DNA of 62,470 nt, the filler included, from Sphacelaria rigidula (taxonomy: Eukaryota), in NCBI GenBank assembly GCA_964200075.2. It is 5 parts of 5 records of this genome, joined end to end, with 100 filler letters (N's around TTAATTAATTAA, not from the genome) between each part and the next. Parts side by side here need not be neighbours in the genome. Positions count along the whole stretch, not along the records: positions 50,059 to 62,470 come from CAXNAA020003804.1; 4 more parts are not named here. One strand, 5' to 3'. The position numbers and the translations under genes were made by a program. The notes below the pieces were generated by a model that saw only the letters and a list, made by a program, of their open reading frames with translations, was not told the origin of the DNA and did not search any database. Positions 52,714 through 62,470 of the stretch are shown here, piece by piece. The stretch's first letter is position 1. Every line of letters begins with the position of its first letter.

Positions 52714-53871
52714 AGTTATCCGTTTATACGGATATTATTAGGGCAACGTGGGCATTCGAATCCGTTCTCGCTACCGTGTCGGCCGCTGCGCATCTCTATT
52801 CTTATATCATCCATGCACAGCACGTTTTCACTCCGGCAAACTCTTCGTTCTTGATCCTGGGCGGTGAAGACTTCGAACAAACTTTGTGGCGTATGTAGTC
52901 AACAGTGCTACTTACTGCCTTCTGTGTAGTAGAGATCGTAATGTTTTTGTAGTGTAGGCACCCGGCGTGCCAATTGAAGCAATGCCTTTGTAGCACACGC
53001 GGACCAGCAGCACTACAACGCTGTCCTCAGTTGGACTGGCCCCCAAAGGTATCTGTGAGCAATGTACAGTAGCTCATGGAACTCACCTTGATCTGCTGCT
53101 CCTGGGTCTGCTCAAGCGGACGCGCGGGAGCGTTAAACGACGGCGGCGGCTCCACGCGCAGGGGGGTATCCACACGCGCAAACCTCCTCGGCTGTCCGGG
53201 TGCACCGCCGCTGTGCCCTGAAGGGGACATCCCTTCCGACCCGTACCCACCATCTCTCGTGTCTGCCTCCTCTTCCTGTTGATCGTCGATATCGATACCC
53301 AACATGTTGTCCAGCAAGAAATGCTGTGGTTCACCCGCGGTCATTTGATCGACGTCATTATTATTGCCCTTGTCGATACCACGGCCGTCCATTAGAAGCT
53401 GACTGTATTGCTCATGTGCACCAGTCATCGCGTCGAGGGCGTTGCAAGCTTCCCGCCGTCTTTCTGTCACATGTGTTCTGTGTCGGATGTTTGCCCATGA
53501 GTCTTGACGTGTGTATCTTGTGCCAAGGGGTGCCGTCTAACAATATCGAGGAGACGCAAAGGTATACCCGCCTGTACCCGGTGTTGTCGCGAAAGCTTGC
53601 AGTAACGGTTTCCGGCGCTGTCGCATGCACAACATCCAAGATACGTACTGTACACACTGTGTGTTTCGTGTGTCTTTGTGCCGTCTAACATGATGTTTTG
53701 CCAGAAAAGCTCGCGGATGACGACTTCGGTACAGTCGTTTGCGAAAGATCCGAGATACGCACTCTACACAAAAAGCTCGCGGATGACGGTTTCGGCGCTG
53801 TCGTTTGCACAAGATCCAAGATCCAAAATTCAAGATCCGAGATCCAAAATTTAAGAACCAAGATCCATCAT

Positions 53872-53940
<69 letters not shown>
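53872..53940. repeat. (TG)n microsatellite
   Basis: Seen directly. Confidence 0.95.
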
Positions 53941-53941
<1 letters not shown>

Positions 53942-54907
53942 ATGCATCATGCGACACCCCCTCTGGCTATGTCATAACCCGGATGCAAATCAAACACGTC
54001 CATGTACACACAAGACTCAAATTGGCTATTTTTTTCCAAATGGAAATTAATGTAGGTATGGTTCTCGCAAATAGGTCTCGAAAATACGACCAATATATCG
54101 CTGGCATAGCAGCAGCAAGAAGTCCCGATCGCCATTCGACCAAATCGTCGGGAGCATCCTGGCTGTGATTGCATGTCACCAGTCGCGCAGTGCCTGGAGT
54201 TGAGTATCTTCACGCTAGTAGGGTCGGAGGTAGACGAAGTACTGTATACCGACAGGTGTAGACTGGCGTCCAGAAAATATGGGATAACAGCACACACAAA
54301 CACACACACTAGCTGGGTCGGCCGTAAAACGTACACATGTGACAGCAGTAGCAACTCTTTCAGTTTACCGAGTCAGCCCCACGCAAGTACATCGCTGTGA
54401 GCTGCAGACCAATCTGGTCATGACCGTTGTGCCCCCCCCCCAAAAAAAATAAAATAATAATAATAATAATAATAACGACGAAAGCTTTACTGTATAATAT
54501 ATTACCTCAACGACGGAACCAGATTCCGCGAAAAAGAAGGGGATCAACCGGGATTCGAACTCCTCGTGACCTTCGTAATAACTACCATGTCTCCTGCATC
54601 ACTTCGATTCCCGCGGTGCAGCCGTCACACAAAATTTTCCACGCTGGGCACAATTTCAGGAGTTTTCAGCCGAAATTCTATCGGATCTTGTGCGCGCAAG
54701 TACAAAATTTGCAACGGGGGATGCTGGCTTTTTTTCACGAAAATATGACTTTATAATAGTAGTAGTATTTTACTAGTTGTGCTGGAATTTCAAATCGCTT
54801 CAACTTGTTTTTTCTTCCTAGACATCCTCGGAGATGTTGCGCATGTTGAAGATGTCGTGTCACAATCTCAGCGCCCAACTCCTAAAAGTAAGCCCCGCAT
54901 CAAGACT

Positions 54908-55210
54908 GCCGCGCTCCGGCGGTGCAGGGGTCCGACTGTCGCCACTAAGGTCGAGAGAGCGCGGGTTCGATTCCCGATGCGTTGGGTCTTTTCTTCGTGA
55001 TATCTGATTTCCACCGTGGAAAGTGCGAGAACGTGAGTAAACAAAGTAGTTTACTGAGTTTGTTTGAAGTGACTTGACGCGGTGCCGGAGTGCTGACCCA
55101 ATTCCCTAGACCAAAATCCAAGGCGTGTACCGGGGGAGAGATTGCTGATCCCTCGAGACCACGGACTCGTCTCGAGGAAGGGGAGGGGTTCAAAGCGTGT
55201 CGAAAAAAAA
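54908..55210 (+). mobile_element. tRNA-headed SINE
   Basis: Colinear with 26524-26796, including B box GGTTCGATTCCC and CCCTCGAGACCACGGAC; ends in A8. Confidence 0.75.
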
Positions 55211-56370
55211 TCACGTGTGAACCGACAAAAAAACTGTCGGGTGGCTCAGCTTATAGTATGAAGCAGGTCTTCAAATTGCTCTCCCTGACCTCGTTGAGTA
55301 TCTGCTGCAGTAAAATATTTCGGTGAGTTGTTTCTTCCTTCCCCTATAAAGTCGAAGACGTTTGCAACAACAAATGAAACAGCCCCGTTAATGAAGGCCC
55401 TAACATTTCTGCAGGCTGTAGTCGCTACAAACACCCTAGCTAGTAGGTCTGGAGCGCCATGTAATCCGTCAGATGTTAACTCCTTCCTTCATAACAGAAG
55501 CTGAACCGGTGAGAGGCTGTTCCAGGTTCACATTGGGACAGGCACACCGGGAGTTTGGTCATCATCTCCACCATCAACGAAGCCCTATACAGCATCCTCC
55601 GACATCCACCCTCCAACCCCAGTTTCCCTCCCCTTCGCATCCGTCTGTCACCTTCAACGCTTTGGCCGCGACGAGTTCGAGATATTTCAAGAAGCTGCAA
55701 CTCGTACACAAAGACCGATGCACCAAGCAGTCCATCGACCGCGCGAGTGGACTCTCTCAAGAGGACAAACCTCGGGGTCAAGGGATTAAAACCCCTTGAC
55801 CGCCCATGGTAGTAGGTAAAATCTGTTGAGTCAGTATCTTCTTCACTTCATAATCGAGTCCCCGAAAGAGTCCTCAATTTACTTCGTCGGCGCACTTTTT
55901 TTTCTTGATCGGCGCACGAAGGGACACAACTATTCCAAGGGTGCGTTGGATAGGGTCATGTCCCGAGTAGTTACCCTCCCGAAATTTTATGTTGCGATAG
56001 TCTTATCTTCAAACTCTTCCCAAACACTACACAGGTGCGGTTGCAACATTCTACCCAATAATATTTGGTCAGAGTTGAGCACGACCTCAATACTCCACCC
56101 AGCTTTGGGTACCGTAGAGTTCGATTTTTCAAAAAAGCCAAATGTGGGAAATATACCTTTGTACCCTACCAAACAAACCCTTGTTTCGTCTCTTCCTTTC
56201 CGGCAAGCCCGTAGCCACTCTGTGCTCGAATGAAACCAAACCCCAGTATATATAGAATGCAAGGGCCCACGGGGCGTTTCGTACGGTCTGTTTTTAAATC
56301 AACACAGGACAAAGAACAAGGAGAAGGACTGATGCCGCAATAGCACCCCCACCCCTCGCTCATGTTCGCA

Positions 56371-56435
56371 GGGGATACCTGGTCAATGGTCAAAGGACTA
56401 ACGAAAGCAACAAATGAGTACGCCTCCCCCCCCCC
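56371..56435 (+). mobile_element. Poly-C-ended insertion, short copy
   Basis: GGGATACCTGGTCAATGGTCAAAGGACTAACGAAAGCAACAAATGAGTACGC plus C-run. Confidence 0.7.
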
Positions 56436-59400
56436 TAGGAATGTGGCAGGTTTAAGAGGGCAAAATCTACATGCGAATGAAAACGACAATAGCCGAGCAA
56501 CTGTGAACTCCCACGCTCGAAAATGTTTTCGTCAATGTGCCCTTGTGAGGCGCTTCACGCGGTATGACACCAACTGCCATGCGCTGCATGACCATTTTCT
56601 TCGTGGCAGTTTTGGGAGTGGGGGTGGGGGGTGGGGGGGGGGGGGGGTTATCGCGGCTCCACTCGAAGTAAATATACTCTCGATTTATCCACTACACCCA
56701 ATATGTGACGTATCATGGTTTGCTCAATCACCGATCATGAAAAAGCCCTCGCTGGTAGGTGGTGCAGTAGTACACACCCAACCCTCAACACTAAAAACAC
56801 ACACGTCATTGACTGCTGCTGCCGCTGCTACGCCCCACTTGATGTAAAAAAAAACTGCGGCCCTCCCGCATAAGCTATTACCACCACTGCTACTACTACT
56901 ACTGCAGTAAAATGCAATCACGCTTCAACGCAAACGTGAGCAACGACGTTCTTGTTAAGGGGTTCGGAATCCACGATGAACTTGAGCGCCTCACCACAAA
57001 GTCCATACTTCCAGTCCCCCGATTACATGTCAAGTGCCGGCGCGCTTTGGACCGAAAGGGAGGAATGGGGGGAGGGGGGGGTGAAAGGGTGCTACCTCGA
57101 TGGTGATATTTTGGTGTGCTAAGAATGCTACTGCAGTGACCACTTGACAAAACAATAGTTGCAACCAAGGGGCTCAAGAACCCCCGGGACACAAACCAAC
57201 TGTGGCGGATGTGATGCTACGCTTATCTTTTCCATTCCATCTCGTGGTTGACGCCTAAATCACCACGCAAAACTGCCATGGCTGGTGGGCTGGTGTCGTG
57301 TGTTACGTGCCTATCCGCGTCTCCACCAGCTGAGCCAGCCCGCCTTCTCGGGACCGCCGTCTTGGCTTGCTGATGGTGTTGATACCCCTGCTCCTCTCTA
57401 AAGTCACACCGACAATCGGAAGGGGGAAAAAAAAGTAAAAGAGAAGAAAAACAGAGGTTAAAAAAAATAGCAAAGGAAACAGAAGAAGATGAAAGGGAGC
57501 AGAAAAATGAAAAATATGAAAAAATACCTAAAAGCAAAGAAGCAAAGAGAAGAAGCAATCAGAAGGAAGAAAAAAAGAAAAAAATCAACCAAGGGAAAGA
57601 AAAAAAAAATGATCTCCACAAGAAAAACACAGGGAAGCATACACGCATGTACAGCAGCGTTTTCTCTTCATAACATGATCATTAGTGTATGTACGCGAAG
57701 TGTTAGAACAAAAAAACAGGCGATGTAAGTGAGATGAAAAAAAAATATATATATATGGTCACCGAAAGGGAAACCGGACGCATGAATATGAAACCCTGAT
57801 ATATCTACTTCTCCGTGGAGAGCAATTGGACACACAAGTCACCAACAAGAAGGAGAAACAACAATCATTTTTTATGCCAAAATCGCGTGGAACGATCGAT
57901 GATGGTGGCATGGTCGAGAAAAAAGTGAGGGGAGAATACATGCACTGATGCCGCATAATGAGTTGGATTTTTGCATCATCATCTTCCACTCGCACGACAC
58001 GCTACAGGCATGTGTTTTTGTGACATTTATGTCTTCAGTTGCTCAGTAAAGGTTCGTGGACGTAGTGTGGAGCGCGCACAAGTTACTACAGTAAGCCCTG
58101 AAGGGAGTGGGTTTCTCATGGGGGCCAGATATATCTGGCAAGCTGGTGGTCGTGAAGCATGACTGCTCCAGGGGGTTGTCTAGGGGACCGAACTTTACGT
58201 TACGGAACCCCAGGGGCCCAAGAAACGTGTCCTTCATACATGCACTACACAGATGATACATAACACAGGTCAGGTCGCTTTTTTTGCACACCCTAGACAA
58301 TAATTTTTTTTTAAAAAGAGAAAAATGATGGAAACAAATACGCTTTTGCTCCGTTTACGCGTTTTTTTCTTGAAATTAAGCTTTTTTTCTTTTCTTTTCA
58401 CGCCCACACTTCAAGCTCTTTGAGCGCAAATTAGGCACTGCTTTATGAGCCTTATTCGCGTCCTTGCTGTGGCGTTGTGGCAGTATCCCCTCACGAGGCC
58501 CACCTTCTAGGATGAGGACAAGACGACAAGTTGGGCATTCCAAAGTATTGACGTTCCTTTTTAATAAAAAAATGGAACTTTTCCCTCAATCATTGAGTTT
58601 GAAGGCCACAACCTGCACACCTGCCCCCTGTCCCACCTACGGAAACAACAAATCCCACTACTCTCATAATACATGATCTAGCAGTACGGCATTACAGCGT
58701 CTCGACACAGAGCACGGCATCCTTTGGCCTCTCGCCCGGCAAGATGCACGCTGCAAGCTACCGCCGCCCCCTCCATCATCTATCGCCAGTCGACATTGAA
58801 ATCTTGTCGAACTACCGGTACCGATTGTACCTAGTAATGAAAACCACGGACTCAATCCGGTCACCTAACGCTTTCTCCTACCGGGAATTCAAGCACCCGC
58901 TCAAAATCAAAAGCACTCGCTCCGTAGACGCGGGCGATGGCTGGATGAGTACAATACCCATCGCCACGAGACACCAACCGGGAAGCCCGTTGTTGTTGTC
59001 GTCCCACAAAGACAGCAAACCACCATGACCTCGGGGGTTACAGAGGGGAAAACACCAAGCTGGCGGATCTCGTTCTCGATGTAGCCTGCGTGCTGCTTCA
59101 TATAAACGACGTCGATCAGCTTGGTTCGTTCATTCATGATAACTCTCCCCTGTTGCTGCTATTGTTGTACTGTAGCTGTACGCTGTACGAGTGTACCACT
59201 GTCGTCTCAAATCACATTTTTCAAAACAACACAGTACCACGTGAAAAGAGTATACAAAAACCAAGTGAAGGGTTTTGTTGATCAGACCCGCAACAAAAAT
59301 GGGAACACGAAAACACAACCATCGAAGTTTGAAGTATTGAAGCCTAAAGTCTACCGGTCTGTCCGGTGACAAGTCACGCCACATGGAGCACTTGCGGGCA

Positions 59401-59591
59401 GTTGCTAGAGTGGCTGTAGGAGGCGCATGAAAAAAAAAATGGAACTCTTCACTACGGGTTTCAAGCATATTACGCTCGTTGTAAGCTCAAAAACGCTAAA
59501 TCAAGCTCAAGTTTATGCGCGCATACGGAACGATGGGCCTGACTAAAAAGAACAGGAGAGAAACAAATAAAAAAATAAAAAAGGACCATCA

Positions 59592-59627
<36 letters not shown>

Positions 59628-60399
59628 GGTTCTTCTCATTAGGTCTTCTGATTTGCACCCAAAAAATCCATTCCTTTACGAAGACTCACGGTGTACATAT
59701 CCGTTACACATACCTCGATGTCTGGCCTTGCTATCTCCGCTTCAAGCCTTGGTTGTTGCGACCCCTGCCCTCCCGCCTCCGTGGCCTGTGCACGCCTCTT
59801 GTCCTCGGCGCGGATCATCGCCCATATCTCCTTGTTGGTGGGGGGTTTGGGGCCCTCCGGAGGGTACTCGATGAACTTGTACTGTGATTTGAGTGGGATC
59901 GTGCATTATGTTCCGTTCCGTTCAGTTCAAGTTCCGTTTCGTTCCGATTGGTTTCTTGTTCCGATTCGTGTTTTGTTCCGCCCCAAAAAACACGTTACGG
60001 AGGTTGTCTGTTTGGTTATTATGAATCCATGACGGTTCGTCATCTGGGTGAGTCATGGATTTTTTTTTCTGGTAAAAAATTATGCCGATTCAACAGATGA
60101 CCTGTGCTAGCAGCCAAAGGGTTGAGACGGCGGCCGGCCCTTCCTCCGAAGAAAAAGATATGAAAAACAAAAAACGCACGAGAATTTAAAGAATCAAGAG
60201 ATACATGTATGAATGAATGACAGAATAAATAAACGATTTCATGAATTCATAGCGATGCTACGGTAGGCGTGCACTTTTTGCGCGAAATCTTGTCTGGTTC
60301 GGGGGCTCCATACGATTCTCGATGCACAAGAATATGGGTCAGGGTATCCCTGTTTGCAAATTCATTCGGGATATCCCTACGAGCTGGGCCAGCCTAAAA

Positions 60400-61280
60400 A
60401 CGGATGTAAGCTCTCAAAGCGATATCTCAACGACACAGATGAGTCGGGCCGTCATCCGCATATCGTATTAATCGTCTGATCAAGGGGGAGGTGCCCATCT
60501 GCTCAAAAATCTGAGCCATTTTTTTCGTTGATTAAACCCCATGTCTAGTAATTCCTATACCTAGCGGAGATAGCGTCCACACAAAAATCTATATGAAACC
60601 CCGAACGATCGATTAAGCGGATGATGACGATTCTTGTTGTGGACCTTCCCTGGAGCACCGGGGAGACGACAGATACCCTCACCTTTACCTGATTCGTAAT
60701 CTATAATCTACAGATATGGCGCACATAAATTTCCACACTAAAATCAGTATATTACGAGCAGAGGCACTAGATGACCTAAATCTGGATATCGCGTCTCAGT
60801 TTTTGAGAGTCGTGCTATGGAATGTGCCACGGAGAACCGCTAGTGCATAATGAAATGAAAAACACAACTTGTTCCGTTTTTTTTCGTTTATTTCCATTTT
60901 TTTCGTGTTTTTAGGGGAGTTTTGAGGAGAAATGAACATTGCTCTTAGGCCTCATCTCAAGTTTTCAGCTCAATTTTGAGAATTGTGATTTGAAACTTGG
61001 CATGGAAAACGACAGAGGTATGCTGGGTAAAAAAAACATGGGCCTTCATTTGTTCATTTTTCCATGAGAGGCTCGGGCGTTCTCGTAAAAATGGTCGTTA
61101 CCATACTAAGACGCTAATCAGTGAAAAATAAATATAAAAACCAACCTCACCCACTTTTCTTGGTTTATCATGACCTAGCGAAGTCCCGCACAAAGTTTCA
61201 GTGCGCAAATACCAAAGGGGGACCGATAAACGGCCTGCAAAAATATTGTTCCGAATTTCCGCCGGCCCGGTTTTCCAAAG
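60400..61280 (-). repeat. Inverted dispersed copy of the ~21950-22770 interior
   Basis: Colinear reverse-complement blocks such as TTACGAGCAGAGGCACT, CCGCTAGTGCATAATGAAA and TCGTCTGATCAAG. Confidence 0.8.
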
Positions 61281-61549
61281 GTAAATTCGCATTTTTTTCT
61301 TGGAATTGGAGAGTAAAATTTGATATGGACAATCAACAGGGCATGAAGAAATGCTGTCTGTGAGGTCCCGAAGTTTTTTTTTTTCCATGAGTTAGGGGCA
61401 ATAATCAGTCTTGAGGTTTTTAGTAAAATGCCCTCAACTCATGAAAAAAAAACTTCGGAACCTCACAGACAGCTTTTCTTCATGCCCTGTTGATTGCCCA
61501 TACCGAACTTCACTTTACAACTCCAAGAAAAAAAATGCGAATTCACCTG
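61279..61549. repeat. Inverted repeat with ~120-bp arms and ~28-bp spacer
   Basis: CAATCAACAGGGCATGAAGAAA versus TTTCTTCATGCCCTGTTGATTG, with matching flanks. Confidence 0.85.
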
Positions 61550-62410
61550 CAAAGTACAAATCTGCTTGTAGGCTGGTCCAGCCTGTAGCGCATTGGGATG
61601 GTAGTCCCAGCGTACTCACACACATCTCATAAGTCATGTTATGGATGAGATAAAGGGCTCCTCACAATTCTAATCTCAGAAAATATTTGTGCCCTCCTAC
61701 CGTAGCATCACCCATGAATAAATGAACGAATAGATGAATAAACTAATAGACTGATGAATGAACGAATGAACAAATGAATGGACGACGCCTATCGATGTAC
61801 CGTACGCGCAAATCCCCGTTAAGAGCAATATGTACTCTACTATAGGTTATTGTTGTCATCAGTCGCAGCTGGAACGTTCTGGGATTGTTTGACGCCCTAG
61901 CATGGATACATACATCGCAACATGATCGGGCAGTTTATTTTCTTCAATTACAGTATAAATTTTTTGTGTGTTGACTACAATACGTCGTAATCTCTGAATT
62001 TTGCCGTGTCCTTAACTTCCCCAGTGAACGCACAAGCCGTACTTGCTCCCGAGGTTGAGTTTGTCCCCGTTCGGCGCCAAAATATCCACGGTTGACGAAT
62101 GCTGGGAAAAAACGTGACACAAAGCCGAAGTGGAAGCCCAAGTCTGAGGCGAAGTCTACGCCTAATCCCCAGGGTCATGCTACCATAAGGAGAGGGGTAT
62201 TTGATTCCACGGGAATAAGGGCTCATGGGTGTGTCGGACGACCAAACACACTCGCGATGTGCTTGTATTTGGGTATAAACGGTGTCAGGCTGTATGAATG
62301 AGACTGATTGATTTCTCGATAACAAGCGCGTTTGAGCAACTGTTGCTGCTTTCAACGACGATTTGAAGCGCAATTTCGCGGAAGTGGTGCACAAAATACC
62401 ACCCCCCCCG

Positions 62411-62461
<51 letters not shown>

Positions 62462-62470
62462 ACCCCCCCC

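Overview
Eukaryotic, intron-rich, repeat-dense scaffold; gene and repeat style suggest a brown alga (Phaeophyceae) or related stramenopile, which is inference only. Four 100-bp placeholder gaps (each with a TTAATTAATTAA linker) and one 10-N gap split it into contigs. Three spliced + strand genes are supported by GT-AG junctions: (1) a complete 4-exon, 459-aa CAMK-like Ser/Thr kinase (4588-10250) with a mitochondrial-like N-terminal extension; (2) the last exon of a PP1-type phosphatase (12731-12904) whose upstream exons are not in the window; (3) the 3' portion of a SAC1-family phosphoinositide phosphatase (37956-~46455, 7-8 exons, intact CMDCLDRT motif). The rest is mostly mobile DNA: a decayed APE-type LINE, tRNA-headed SINEs, hAT-like MITEs with 8-bp TSDs, long foldback elements and a large TIR-bounded non-autonomous family. 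The most striking signal is a family of variably 5'-truncated insertions with a fixed 3' end (GAGTAC[A/G]C then poly-C). Several have target-site duplications beginning with the C-run, which suggests a retroposon primed on C/G tracts instead of A/T tracts. Several copies sit just upstream of splice acceptors. Most short ORFs in the track are not genes.
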